64,000 nt of DNA, from positions 32,001 through 96,000 of the IMG/VR virus record IMGVR_UViG_3300013093_000001; one strand, given 5' to 3'. Below the pieces are notes generated by a model. That model did not search any database. It was not told where the DNA came from and saw only the letters and a list, made by a program, of their open reading frames with translations. This stretch comes from a virus. Positions 1-10,020 of this stretch are shown here, piece after piece; position 1 is the stretch's first letter, and each line of letters opens with the position of its first letter. The position numbers and the translations under genes were made by a program.

Positions 1-20
1 TAGGGAAAGGAAAGCAAGAC

Positions 21-932
21 ATGAACGAAATTAGAGAATACAACGAACCGGTCCTGGACAGCCTGGGACCGCCAGATGATGTGTTTATTACACAGCCGAC
101 AACCGGCGCATTGCAGCGCATGGAGGCAGAAGCACGAGCAATGAAGACGGCGTACACCATCGCCAGCAGTTTAAGTAAGACTGAGATGGTACCGGAGGCA
201 TACCAGGCCGGTAAGCATGGTGAAAGCGCCGCCTACAACCTCTGTGCAGCAATCATGTATGGCGCAGAATTGGGTTTGTCTGCCGTCCAGTCCGCGCAGA
301 ACATCTTCATTGTGCGGGGCAAACCGGCTATTTACAGCGTCACAATGGCAGCAGTCATTCGGCGCGCCGGTTTTGTCATTGAGGAGGTAGAAGCGACAGA
401 TGAAAAGGTTGTGTGGAAAGGACTGCGCGACGGCGCGTGGGCCTTTTCAGAATGGACAATCGGTCGCGCTAAACTCGCCGGTTACACATCAAATAAACTG
501 TATGAGACAAACCCCAAAGCAATGCTAAGGGCTAAATGTATTGCGGAATTGGCGCGTATAAAATTCCAAGACTGCATTACCGGTCTAGCGCATAGCATTG
601 AGGAATTGCAGTTGGAAAACGTCACGGTACAGCGCGTAGTCAAACCGGCCAATGTCGTAAGAGGCGCGGCGGCGTTACGGCAAGCGGCTGCCGCATCCCA
701 AGCGCCGGAACAACCGGTTGAGGAGCCAGAGGTGACGCCTGAGCCGGTAGAGCAGTGGATGATTTCCAAAATGCAAGTCGACAAGATTAGGAAACTGTAT
801 CTACAAAAAGGCATAAAAGGTCAGGGTGTCATGGACGATGTTGCTGAGTTCCTACAGTTGGATTCTCCGCTCAAAGACCTCAATGACCTGTCCTTGGAGG
901 ACGGGGACGCGGTCCTGGCTTACCTGTCGTGA
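21..932 (+). CDS. RecT-like ssDNA-annealing protein
   Basis: AAIMYGAELGLS..QSAQNIFIVRGKP and WTIGRAKLAGY..NP.AMLRAK motifs typical of actinophage RecT-like proteins; SD GGAAAGG upstream. Confidence 0.7.
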   Translation: MNEIREYNEPVLDSLGPPDDVFITQPTTGALQRMEAEARAMKTAYTIASSLSKTEMVPEAYQAGKHGESAAYNLCAAIMYGAELGLSAVQSAQNIFIVRGKPAIYSVTMAAVIRRAGFVIEEVEATDEKVVWKGLRDGAWAFSEWTIGRAKLAGYTSNKLYETNPKAMLRAKCIAELARIKFQDCITGLAHSIEELQLENVTVQRVVKPANVVRGAAALRQAAAASQAPEQPVEEPEVTPEPVEQWMISKMQVDKIRKLYLQKGIKGQGVMDDVAEFLQLDSPLKDLNDLSLEDGDAVLAYLS

Positions 933-943
933 CCCAAGATGCA

Positions 944-979
944 GCAGACCCCCGCCAGAAAGGGGTGGCGGGGGTCTGT
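944..979 (+). terminator. GC-rich stem-loop after the RecT-like gene
   Basis: GCAGACCCCCGCCA / TGGCGGGGGTCTGT inverted repeat; weak U-tract. Confidence 0.5.
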
Positions 980-1150
980 GTGCACCGGGTGATGCGCGTC
1001 CAGATTAGCACGCCAATAATCCGATAGCAAAACTTCTCAAAAAAACCTCCGTGGCTACTACCGCTGAGGGGGTCGGAGCTAGTACGCTACGGCGGTACCT
1101 AAAGGTACAAACCGGGTGACCTGCCAGAAGGGGTAACATGATGACTTGGG

Positions 1151-1990
1151 TTGACACATATGTGGTTTAACGTAGATGACCACCTACACAGCACGCCAGA
1201 ACTTTTTGAGATACCACGCCGTTTTCGTGCCGCCGCCGTTGGCGTGTGGACCCTGTGCGGCAGCTGGCTGTCGCAGCACTGCGCTGACTATGTACCGGAT
1301 GAGGTTGTTCGCGACTTCGGAGGTACGGCGGAAATCAGAGGTTGGCTAGTCCGTGCAGGTCTGTGGACAGAGACAGACAGGGGCATTGCGTACACGTCGC
1401 GTGGCTGCCGCGTACCGAACGCGCAAGCCGTACAGCAATCTCGCGCAGCGACTACGGAGCGGGTACGTAAGCACCGTGCAAACAAGCAAAAGGGCCCCGA
1501 CCAGCAGGTTGAGGCCGACGTAACGCCGTTACACCCTCCGGGACAGGGTGCGTTACTAACGCTGCACGACGGTATAGGTATTGGTAATGGGGTTGGTTCT
1601 TTAACTAAACCTACTTCTTCTAAAGCTGTCGTTACGTTCAGGGGTACGTCACCAGGCGGTCCTCTAGCTGAGGCGAGAGTGTTGGTGCAGCAAGCCCTGG
1701 TAGGGCTGAGTTATTTTGGGCGCAAGCAGCGCAAGGCGCTTGAGGACAAAACACTGGAATTGCTGGGCGACGGCGCTAAGCCGGAGGACTTGGCAGAGGC
1801 TTTGCGGATTTGGGTTCAGACTGATGACGTATACCCAGGCCACTTGTCTCACATGTATACGGAGCTAATGAAAAGACGTAGTGGTGTGACACGCTCACGG
1901 TCGGCAAGTAATATTGACCATTCCTTTCAGCAATTGGCCGACTTGGACCGGCGTTACGCCGCAGAATCAGAAAGCGGGTCGTCAATATGA
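1151..1990 (+). CDS. Phage replication initiator (RepA-like)
   Basis: N-terminal WFNVDDHLHS..AVGVWTLCGSW..LVRAGLW and RVRKHR motifs of actinophage replication proteins. Confidence 0.65.
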   Translation: MTHMWFNVDDHLHSTPELFEIPRRFRAAAVGVWTLCGSWLSQHCADYVPDEVVRDFGGTAEIRGWLVRAGLWTETDRGIAYTSRGCRVPNAQAVQQSRAATTERVRKHRANKQKGPDQQVEADVTPLHPPGQGALLTLHDGIGIGNGVGSLTKPTSSKAVVTFRGTSPGGPLAEARVLVQQALVGLSYFGRKQRKALEDKTLELLGDGAKPEDLAEALRIWVQTDDVYPGHLSHMYTELMKRRSGVTRSRSASNIDHSFQQLADLDRRYAAESESGSSI

Positions 1991-2120
1991 GAAAGTTTTT
2001 AAGCAGTTTTAAGGTCAGCAGCATATTAGATATTTTATGGCCGGACTTTACTTTCTGGTCAACAAAGAAACCGACGCAACGCGAAGAGCCTGGTTTGTTG
2101 GATAAGAAAAGGCCGCAAAA

Positions 2121-2495
2121 GTGAATAACGTCCCGGCAAAGGCTAAGGAAGAATTAGGCTTTAAGCGAATGGCTGTCAGGGTTATTGCGAAAGCCAAAGC
2201 ATATGATGCCAGGGTTTCGGTGGGAGATGAGAACTCAGCTGATGCCAAGGTAGAGGCGTGGGCAGAACACTTCGCGTTAACGCGCTGTGATGATCTGAGT
2301 GACCTGTTGGCGGCAGTTGCACAGTTCTACCTCCAACCACGCGACCGCGTCGTCCAACCCGCCGACATCACCAGTATCGTCAAGGCCAACCGGCGCGACT
2401 GGCTTGACCGCCAATCCGTACCGCAGTCGGTACCGGCGAATGAGGACAGGCGACTGGCGCTGATGGGTGAAATCAGAAAACACTTTAGTATGTGA
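2121..2495 (+). CDS. Hypothetical protein, possibly helicase loader/inhibitor-like
   Basis: Follows the rep gene; YDAR..EAWAE..AV..FY..QPADI pattern. Confidence 0.45.
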   Translation: MNNVPAKAKEELGFKRMAVRVIAKAKAYDARVSVGDENSADAKVEAWAEHFALTRCDDLSDLLAAVAQFYLQPRDRVVQPADITSIVKANRRDWLDRQSVPQSVPANEDRRLALMGEIRKHFSM

Positions 2496-3526
2496 CTATG
2501 CGAGTAGGGCTGATAGCACGTTCAGATAACACCGGCCTGGGTAACCAAACTTATGAATTTTTTTCGCACGTCAAACCAGCTAAAACACTCGTCGTAACGC
2601 TGTACGCCAAAAAGTTGACAGAGCACGTTGAGCGCTACCCCGACAGCCCGACAACCCACACCCCCAACGCGGCTCAGATACACCGATTCCTCGACGGCCT
2701 CGACATCGTTTACACGGCAGAAACGCCCTATAACCATGAGTTATACAGTTTTGCGCGAGACAAGGGCATCCACACCATCGAACACTCAAACTATGAGTTC
2801 CTGGGCTACCCGCAGCGGTTCACGGAAGCTCCGAAACCGAGCATCTTTGCAGCGCCTAGCGCGTGGCACTTCAATGACTTTCCGGAACCCAAAGTATTCC
2901 TCCCTGTGCCCATAGCAACCCGCCGATTCAAACGCAAAAAGAAAGTGAAAGGTCCGGCCTCGCGATTCCTGCATGTCATTGGACACCCCGCAACCAACGA
3001 CCGCAACGGAACAAAAGACTTGCTGGCAGCACTCCCCTTCATTACGTCCGATGTCACGGTCACTTTGACATGCCAGTCCAGCAAATACATCCCCGAAATC
3101 GGGCCACTCCCCTCCAATGTCACAGTTCACAAGCGGTGTGGAGATGTGGAGAACTACTGGGAGTTGTACGACGGTCAAGACGTGCTGATTTTGCCGCGCA
3201 GATATGGTGGTCTATGCCTACCGGCGCAGGAATCTATCGGTGCAGGGATGCCGGTCATCATGCCGGACGTATCACCTAACCAATGGCTACCGCTGCAATG
3301 GAGGACACCGGCTAAGCAGTCAGGGGAACTGATGGTACGTCGGTCATTCACAACCTACAAGACGGACCCCGTTGATCTTGCGGCTAAAATCGACTCCTTC
3401 TGCGACTTAGACTTCTACCGCAATGCCATGCACGAAGTGGACAACTTGCGAGAGGAATACAGCTGGGACGCGCTGCTGCCCGTTTACCATCAAGTCTTTG
3501 CAGACACCCTGTCGCGGCAACCCTGA
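2492..3526 (+). CDS. Glycosyltransferase (GT-B, group 1-like)
   Basis: DNTGLGNQT N-terminus; DVLILPRRYGGLCLPAQESIGAGMPVI nucleotide-sugar motif. Confidence 0.85.
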   Translation: MTMRVGLIARSDNTGLGNQTYEFFSHVKPAKTLVVTLYAKKLTEHVERYPDSPTTHTPNAAQIHRFLDGLDIVYTAETPYNHELYSFARDKGIHTIEHSNYEFLGYPQRFTEAPKPSIFAAPSAWHFNDFPEPKVFLPVPIATRRFKRKKKVKGPASRFLHVIGHPATNDRNGTKDLLAALPFITSDVTVTLTCQSSKYIPEIGPLPSNVTVHKRCGDVENYWELYDGQDVLILPRRYGGLCLPAQESIGAGMPVIMPDVSPNQWLPLQWRTPAKQSGELMVRRSFTTYKTDPVDLAAKIDSFCDLDFYRNAMHEVDNLREEYSWDALLPVYHQVFADTLSRQP

Positions 3527-3565
3527 AAAAGTAGGCCCAAATGGCCTGTAACGAGATTAAATGCG

Positions 3566-3772
3566 TCAGGTGGCCGCAGACCCCAACAGTTGCGACAGGA
3601 TGTCTGGTGGGGAACCTAAGACCAACCGGTCCTCCCCGCCAACCAAAGAGATCGCTGAGCAATCAACCATCGGAGAACCCCAGTCATCCTCACCCACAAG
3701 TATTGATACAACGTGGTCGGTGTTGACCCACCAATCCCCACCCGCCACCAGCTTCAGCTGACACCAGGCCAT
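3566..3772 (-). CDS. Small hypothetical protein
   Basis: Coupled to the upstream ORF; WVNTDHVVSI pattern. Confidence 0.45.
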   Translation of the reverse strand: MAWCQLKLVAGGDWWVNTDHVVSILVGEDDWGSPMVDCSAISLVGGEDRLVLGSPPDILSQLLGSAAT

Positions 3773-4080
3773 CAGGGTTCCTGCGGGTTATTTCCGTAGT
3801 CGGCAAGCATCCACAGCGCTTCCTGTAACTTGCTTTCCTCGCGCTGGAAACTGAGTTCCCAAGCGAGTCTCATGACAGTGGCTAAACGGTAATCAGTCAC
3901 CCGGCGCAGCAACAGCATCAGGTCACCGTGAACCCCTACCGGTACCTGCTGTGGTGAACCGCTATGGATCACTGTTGCCAGGTGCGGTCCATCGTGACCG
4001 ACCGGCAAACCACAATTTCTCGCAGGATCGATATTGATTGAAGCGCCGCAGGAAGAGTCCGGAAATGAATCCTCGTTCAT
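3772..4080 (-). CDS. Hypothetical protein
   Basis: Contains the common actinophage CGLPVGHDGPH motif; start moved to ATG 4080 to avoid overlap with the NUMOD4 gene. Confidence 0.5.
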   Translation of the reverse strand: MNEDSFPDSSCGASINIDPARNCGLPVGHDGPHLATVIHSGSPQQVPVGVHGDLMLLLRRVTDYRLATVMRLAWELSFQREESKLQEALWMLADYGNNPQEP

Positions 4081-4120
4081 GCCAGTGGTCCAATCGGTCC
4101 GTTTGCCGTATTCTGGCTTC

Positions 4121-4444
4121 ATGCTACATGAATCCTGGTCAACAATACCTGGGTATGAGGGCCAGTACGAGATTTCCGACTGGGGCCGCTGCCGATCAAT
4201 CGACCGGGTCGTCAAAGGACGTGACGGCTCAACCCGGTGGATTCAAGGTAAGATCATCAAACCTCATGCGCGGCGTGACGGCGTCATCGTCGTAAACCTG
4301 TGGCGGGAGAGCAAATACCGACAGAAGCAACTGCGCCGACTGGTACTTGAGGTCTTTGACCAGCCGCAACCAGCCGGTCAGGATGCGCGTAACTTAGACG
4401 GAGATCCTCACAATAACCGCCGCGACAACCTCACATGGTCGTAG
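4121..4444 (+). CDS. NUMOD4-HNH protein (HNH possibly degenerate)
   Basis: ESWSTIPGYEGQYEISDWGRCRS NUMOD4 motif; RNLDGDPHNNRRDNLTW HNH-like motif lacking the usual first His. Confidence 0.8.
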   Translation: MLHESWSTIPGYEGQYEISDWGRCRSIDRVVKGRDGSTRWIQGKIIKPHARRDGVIVVNLWRESKYRQKQLRRLVLEVFDQPQPAGQDARNLDGDPHNNRRDNLTWS

Positions 4445-4934
4445 TCGGAGAATACTGCAACCGCCACTCGTACAGGTCTTTCTTGTGGGCATCTGCGCGT
4501 AAAATCTCGTCAATAAGTTTGATGACCTCGTCGGATGTTTTGCAGGTGAAAAACAACTCATCAGCTTCACTCCAACCTAGACCGAGAATTTCAGTCGCGT
4601 AGTCCTTGACATTACGCACTGATTTATTAGGCAGGACGCAATAGTCGGTTACGATACTGCCGTCCACGCGCAGATTTAAAAGCTCCTCCTTAAAAGCTAA
4701 TTGGGCACCAGAGTTGACGACGGTCCAGCCTGCTGCACATGCGGTTGTCGGACAGGATGCCGTCAACCACTTGACTGGCTCGCCGTAATAAGTTCCCGAC
4801 TCAATTTCATCGGCATTGTCCATGTCATCGCGGGACAATTTACCCCAACTGGCCTGGTCATGCGTACCTGCTTTCGCTGCGGCAACAATTGTTGCCCGCA
4901 ACTTCTTCAAGGCCGGAATGTTGTAGTCAGCCAT
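4431..4934 (-). CDS. Hypothetical protein
   Basis: HDQ..W, CPTTACAAGW and EADELF motifs common in actinophages; SD AAAGGAAG and own promoter. Confidence 0.65.
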   Translation of the reverse strand: MADYNIPALKKLRATIVAAAKAGTHDQASWGKLSRDDMDNADEIESGTYYGEPVKWLTASCPTTACAAGWTVVNSGAQLAFKEELLNLRVDGSIVTDYCVLPNKSVRNVKDYATEILGLGWSEADELFFTCKTSDEVIKLIDEILRADAHKKDLYEWRLQYSPTTTM

Positions 4935-4980
4935 TTGCTTCCTTTCTATTTACGCGGCTGCCGTTTGCCGCCGCATACCA

Positions 4981-5009
4981 ATTATGACCGTCCCTGCTGT
5001 TAATCGCAA
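4981..5009 (-). promoter_or_regulatory. SigA-like promoter TTGCGA-N17-CATAAT
   Basis: One of a family of similarly spaced promoters, each followed by a GGCAAA-containing hairpin. Confidence 0.6.
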
Positions 5010-5209
5010 TTGTTGAGAACGCGCTTTACGCGCTCTGGGTAAAAAGAGCGGTAACTATAGTGACCGGGCATACCACCCACGAATGTCAGCGACAGTCGTC
5101 CATCTTTCGACCACGTCGGATAGAGAAATGTGAATTTTCCGCGAACACCGGAAATTGTCATCACAGTTCCAGGACCGACAGCCTTGCCCTTAATTCTCAA
5201 TTCGGCCAT
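5000..5209 (-). CDS. Small hypothetical protein
   Basis: Plausible beta-rich ORF; YRSFYPERVK motif. Confidence 0.55.
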   Translation of the reverse strand: MAELRIKGKAVGPGTVMTISGVRGKFTFLYPTWSKDGRLSLTFVGGMPGHYSYRSFYPERVKRVLNNCD

Positions 5210-5400
5210 CGGATTCTCCGTTCACCAACCTGTATATGACCGTATCGCATCTAATAATTACTTCTTCAATAATTCCACGCTTGACCAAACCAGCGAGCAG
5301 TTGCCTGTCCCTGTATGTCTTCCTCCATTGCGGCAGGTAATAACCTCTGCCGTAGCGCAGCATTTTTTCAATCATCTTCTGCTGCGCTTGACCCAGGCCA

Positions 5401-5733
5401 CTACCCATGCGTGTCTGAAACAGGTTGCGACATGTCATGCTCTGGATCATCGAAAAACCAACCCTGGTCGGGGGCATATTCCGACGGGCCGGTATATTTT
5501 GATGGACGACTCGCCTGCTCCCAGCAACTTTTATGCCAGACACTAGGATCATCTGCGTCGATGCTGATTGGTCGACCGTTGAGGTTGCCGTAGCCGTCGT
5601 ACTCTCCCACCAGCAGGCTGCCATCTGGGGTTAACGCCACTGCATCAACCATCCAGCGGTTTATGTTGTTAGCCGCCATGTGACTGAGCAAAGGGTGGCG
5701 ACAGTCATTGCATAACCAGGAAAAGAATCCCAT
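5401..5733 (-). CDS. Hypothetical protein
   Basis: MGFFSW.C..C and GEYDGYG..PDQGWF phage motifs; SD GGAGGG. Confidence 0.65.
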   Translation of the reverse strand: MGFFSWLCNDCRHPLLSHMAANNINRWMVDAVALTPDGSLLVGEYDGYGNLNGRPISIDADDPSVWHKSCWEQASRPSKYTGPSEYAPDQGWFFDDPEHDMSQPVSDTHG

Positions 5734-6263
5734 TTTCCCTCCATATTCAAGGTGGTCCGGTGCACCCTACCTGGGACGGGAGTAGGTGTCCCAGGTAGGG
5801 GCCCGACCGGCCATGCGCTTCCCCGCGCACAACCGGGGTCATTGGACGTGCTTCGCTAACTGCTTCGCCGCCGCCGTCACCGGTCGGTTGACTTGTCGCT
5901 CTGCGTGGACAACCTTGGGTGCCTTGACCCGCAGGGTGGCCTTAAACGCCTGCTCCGCAGCAAGCCAATCAGCTAGCTTTTCGTGGTACTTGGCTTCCTC
6001 CTCTAACCACTGCTGACATTTGACAGAATGTGTACGCTCAGCGACCAGCCACTCGGCTATAGCCTTTTCATTGGCTTTTGCTTCCCTGGATTTAATCCAT
6101 TCCAGGGTCTTCGTGTGTAACTCATGTCCACCACACACGCTGTTCGCGCAACAAACATGAGAGTGGGTGTTGTCTTTGTAATATGTTTCCCCGCAGGGGT
6201 CGCAACCTGCTGGGCAGGTTGGCGTCTTGTCGCCGGTCCAACCCATGCACCGCAAGTATTGCC

Positions 6264-6773
6264 TCATTGCGCCATGTCCAATGGTCCGTATGCGTTGTAG
6301 GGCAGGTCTTGGACAGTCAAAACTTCCTCCCACCGGTACCGGACACCGTCCGGTGTGACAGCCTCATGCGGTCCGTCATGCTCATAAACCCTGTCACCGC
6401 AACCACATGTCAAAGACTCAAAAAACACGCTAATAAAGCAGCAGACACCATCAGGGTGTACCGCTCCGCAGTCGCGGGTAGCCAACGCCACCCCATCACC
6501 ACCGTGGGTAACCAGCGCCGCAGTTTCCTGCAACGCCACAATCACAGGGTCCACAACAACCGGTTCGACCGGCTGCTCCGGCTCATGCTTTTTTAACGTC
6601 GCCGGTCGCCGGGCCGGGTCTGTGTGAGGTACCCGTATAGTCCACGCATCTACGTGGACCGCCTGGTGCATAACAAACCCACGTCCAGCTAACTCGTCAC
6701 CTACAGCTTGGAAGCTGTTGGCTCTAATGCGCGTCCTGCCATAAACAGCCTCAAAGGCATGTTTGTCGTCCAT
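6264..6773 (-). CDS. Hypothetical protein
   Basis: SD GGAG upstream, promoter upstream, coherent ORF. Confidence 0.5.
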   Translation of the reverse strand: MDDKHAFEAVYGRTRIRANSFQAVGDELAGRGFVMHQAVHVDAWTIRVPHTDPARRPATLKKHEPEQPVEPVVVDPVIVALQETAALVTHGGDGVALATRDCGAVHPDGVCCFISVFFESLTCGCGDRVYEHDGPHEAVTPDGVRYRWEEVLTVQDLPYNAYGPLDMAQ

Positions 6774-6826
6774 TACCTACTCCCTGATCTACTCCCTGTC
6801 GGCTGCCGTTTTGCCGCCGTACCACC

Positions 6827-6856
6827 ATTATGGCCGACACCCCCAGCCACTCACAA
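6827..6856 (-). promoter_or_regulatory. SigA-like promoter TTGTGA-N18-CATAAT
   Basis: Same promoter family; followed by CGGCGGCAAAACGGCAGCCG. Confidence 0.55.
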
Positions 6857-6859
6857 CCC

Positions 6860-7801
6860 CTAATTCTGCGTTACCACATCCAGTATCGTCTGCCAACGGT
6901 GCAGGTAGGTGTGCTTTTCGCGGACCAGGTTGTGCCCAGCGATTCGTATAGACTCCCGTTCCTCGTCGGCGGCGACGTAATAATCAATTACGTCCCGCAG
7001 TTGATCGAAGTCACCGAAGTCGTAGTAGACCAGATGCCGCTTGTCAACAAATGACTTCTCCAAGCCCGAGATTTTAGGCATAATGAGGAAACCCCCGCGA
7101 CCCATGCATTCATAAACCCGGTCACTCCAATAATCGGGGTAGCTGAAGTGTTGGCAGAGGCTGTCGCCAACCGCCACCTTGGCATTGCCGTACACCCTGT
7201 TGAGTGCTGTTGACCGAACCGTCTTGATGCCGTCACCGCCGTAATGCCTGAATCTCTTGCCATAGGTTGTTGCCAACCAGTCAATCAGCTGCGGTCGGTA
7301 CGGCCACTCCTCGTGATAGCCGCGGCTGCCGACGAAGACAACATCAAAGGGATCGTCCCTGGTGATGTCGCGATAGCAGTCGCTGTGAAAAACACCGGCA
7401 GGTAGGTAGTGGCCCTTAACGGCGGTGTTGTTATTCAACCATTCTGCCATCAGACGGTCAGCGGTGAAGAAGTGATCCACCGTCCAGTAGGGCTCTGCTC
7501 CCATGTCCCGCTGCCGCTGTAAACCCATCCACAAGTCCAAGTGGTAGGTCACTACCGGGACACCGCAGTCGCGAATGCGATCCAGCGCCAACTCCATGCC
7601 AGGGGTGTCCCAGCCGTGGGTGTGAACCCACACCAACATATCTGCGCCTTGACAGGCTGTAACGACCTCGCGCCACGTCACCCTACGCTCCTGTAGCCGG
7701 GTAACGGTGTAACCTAACTCCTCCAAGCTGGCGGCGTGGTGATTTTCGCTGCTATACGAAACATCGAAATTGCCCAGGAAAGCAATCCTGCGGCTCACCA
7801 C
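6860..7801 (-). CDS. Glycosyltransferase (Glyco_trans_1_2/CgeB-like)
   Basis: DVVFVGS..Y, YWSDRVYECMGRGGFLI and HTYLHRWQTIL motifs. Confidence 0.85.
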   Translation of the reverse strand: MVSRRIAFLGNFDVSYSSENHHAASLEELGYTVTRLQERRVTWREVVTACQGADMLVWVHTHGWDTPGMELALDRIRDCGVPVVTYHLDLWMGLQRQRDMGAEPYWTVDHFFTADRLMAEWLNNNTAVKGHYLPAGVFHSDCYRDITRDDPFDVVFVGSRGYHEEWPYRPQLIDWLATTYGKRFRHYGGDGIKTVRSTALNRVYGNAKVAVGDSLCQHFSYPDYWSDRVYECMGRGGFLIMPKISGLEKSFVDKRHLVYYDFGDFDQLRDVIDYYVAADEERESIRIAGHNLVREKHTYLHRWQTILDVVTQN

Positions 7802-8178
7802 ACCTCACTCGGTTGTCCAATGTCCAAGACGGGTGCATCACTGCCGCGACGTATATTGCAGTCCAAATGAGAGGCTGCCCAGTTGGACACGTCCATCAAC
7901 AAATCTGGACGCTCCTTCGCGGTAAGGATGTGATCTACACTCCACGATAAAGGGTGCGGGTATGCCAACTTGTAGTCGATGGCATTGCCGCAAAGCCAGC
8001 ACGGCTTACCCACCACCCCCTCCGGGCTTCTGAAGCGTGCACACTCATCACGAAAATCTTTTTTCCTGGCTTTGTACTGCGGCGACTCACGCAGAGAACG
8101 GATTTTCGATGCGTTGACTGACGCCGCAGTTTTCGGTACTGGTGGCGCTGACTCGGGGGTGTCGTCTAGCTCATCCAT
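7795..8178 (-). CDS. HNH endonuclease
   Basis: CWLCG..SVDHI..N..ASHLDCNIRRG. Confidence 0.85.
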   Translation of the reverse strand: MDELDDTPESAPPVPKTAASVNASKIRSLRESPQYKARKKDFRDECARFRSPEGVVGKPCWLCGNAIDYKLAYPHPLSWSVDHILTAKERPDLLMDVSNWAASHLDCNIRRGSDAPVLDIGQPSEVW

Positions 8179-8180
8179 GC

Positions 8181-9419
8181 CTACCCCGCTTGCGGGATGC
8201 TTTGCCGCCAATTACCTGGCATCTGCTGCTTGGCTGACAGCGACATGACATTCGCCAAGCCGTCGCCAGGTGACCAAGTCACCGTGCTGGGTTGCTGGTA
8301 CGGCAGGACCGCCAGCGTCGGGTCGGTCAGATTGACCGCCGTGTTGTCGGTGGACGCATAGAAAGCGAATGGCGCGAGGTACTGGCTTTGACCGTTGAAC
8401 GTCACATCACTAAACGTCACATCGTAAATCAAATGCGTACCGGTCGGTAAACCCAGCACGGACGTTTCGGCTACCAGCTGAAATCCGGGCGTATTGGCGT
8501 AGTCGATGGTGGACAGGACACCGTTATATATACGCGCCGTCAGTGGCGGCAAGGAAATCGCCGTACTCGCTGTCACAGCGGGTCCACCTGTGTTGGTCAC
8601 CGCAACAGTAATCTCACAAAAACCGAGGCCTTGCGCGTTGGAGAGCAGGTCGGCGTTGCCGGTCACCGCTTGAATCGCAGTATTGACCAGAGAACCCCCG
8701 AAGGACAGCAGGTACGTCTGCGGCGCATTATTGGAACTGACCGTGACGTTTCCACTCCCTATGGACGTAAGCGCCTGCAATGCGGATTGGACGCTGGTGA
8801 CACCCGTCGTCGTATGGGAAATGGAGACAGTAGGCGTGGTACCGCCAGTCAAGCTCGACGTTGCCACCAGCAACGACTGGGGCGCATTAGCGAGAGCACT
8901 GACGAATGTGATCGTGTAGGGACCGCCAGCGGAGCCGGTGACGGTGACATTGCCGGTCCCATTAATGGATGACAACGCGCCCAGCGCAGCCTGTACGGAG
9001 TTGGTCCCGGTGGCTGGCGCGTTATAGGCAATCGCAGCTGTCGTATTTCCACCGAAGGTCAGCGTGTAAGTCCCGCCCGTAGGAGAACCTGTCAAGGTAA
9101 CGGTCTGTACGTCGTTGACAGAGGCATTGGCTGGCGCAGTGTAGGGCAAAGCCACCGTTGTGTAGCCGCCGTAAGACAGGGTGAAGGTGCCCCCGGTCGG
9201 GTTGTTGATGAGGTAGACAGTCTGAGTTCCACTCGACGCAGCAGAAATTAAATAACTGGCTACGGGGAACTGCTGACCTTGCGGTAGGCGTGGCGTGAAC
9301 GTAACAAGCCCATTGACAGGCTGCACGACGGGACTGTTCGTATTACCTGAGATGGACGGGTCTGCAACCGCATAGTAGTAGCCGGTGACCTGGAAAAAAG
9401 TCAGCGAATTCGTCATCAA
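8181..9419 (-). CDS. Minor tail/virion decoration-like protein with nested Ser/Thr-rich repeats
   Basis: GLVTFTPR..LIYDVTF domain of mycobacteriophage minor tail proteins plus two QTV..PTGGT(F/Y)TL..VQ.AL.AL repeats. Confidence 0.7.
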   Translation of the reverse strand: MMTNSLTFFQVTGYYYAVADPSISGNTNSPVVQPVNGLVTFTPRLPQGQQFPVASYLISAASSGTQTVYLINNPTGGTFTLSYGGYTTVALPYTAPANASVNDVQTVTLTGSPTGGTYTLTFGGNTTAAIAYNAPATGTNSVQAALGALSSINGTGNVTVTGSAGGPYTITFVSALANAPQSLLVATSSLTGGTTPTVSISHTTTGVTSVQSALQALTSIGSGNVTVSSNNAPQTYLLSFGGSLVNTAIQAVTGNADLLSNAQGLGFCEITVAVTNTGGPAVTASTAISLPPLTARIYNGVLSTIDYANTPGFQLVAETSVLGLPTGTHLIYDVTFSDVTFNGQSQYLAPFAFYASTDNTAVNLTDPTLAVLPYQQPSTVTWSPGDGLANVMSLSAKQQMPGNWRQSIPQAG

Positions 9420-9673
9420 GCTCTCCTGCGTTTGCGTTGGCCGTCATGAACAGTGGTAATGATCGCTTCTCCATCTCGCGGGTCGGACCCGAAAACCTCC
9501 GGCGGCATCTCCTGTATCTCTGGCTGGTCAACCATCTTGGGCTGAATCAACGCGGTCACCCGCAGCTTTTCTTCGTCGCTAATAATTTTCTGGTCGTACA
9601 CGACGCTGGAAAACACGAGCCGATCATTGACGCGGATATCCAACCTCGCAGGTTTCGACACAGGAACCTTCAC
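9416..9673 (-). CDS. Hypothetical protein
   Basis: Stop overlaps the start of the downstream gene. Confidence 0.45.
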   Translation of the reverse strand: MKVPVSKPARLDIRVNDRLVFSSVVYDQKIISDEEKLRVTALIQPKMVDQPEIQEMPPEVFGSDPRDGEAIITTVHDGQRKRRRA

Positions 9674-10020
9674 CTAAACCGCCGCCCCCACCTTAAGCTG
9701 GAACAACGAGAATTTAGGGTTAGAAACCAGCGGCAGGTGATCCGCACACGTCGCGTATGTGTTGGCAACAGTGATTGCAGGGATGCGTGAGCCGGTCCTG
9801 ACAAAACACACAGCACAAGCGATGTAGTTGTCTGCGACAGCACAGGTCATGTAATTTTCTGCGGCGGTTTTCTTCACCCCGACAGTATGACACCTTTTAA
9901 CGCGACAAGATGCGCCGCTGGCAGTGTGTCCAATACACACGCCAACCCGGTAGCGAAGCCGGTGGACCGGGGTTACCCTGTTGTTATACGGCAAACCGCC
10001 GTGGTCGGAAAGGGGTAACA

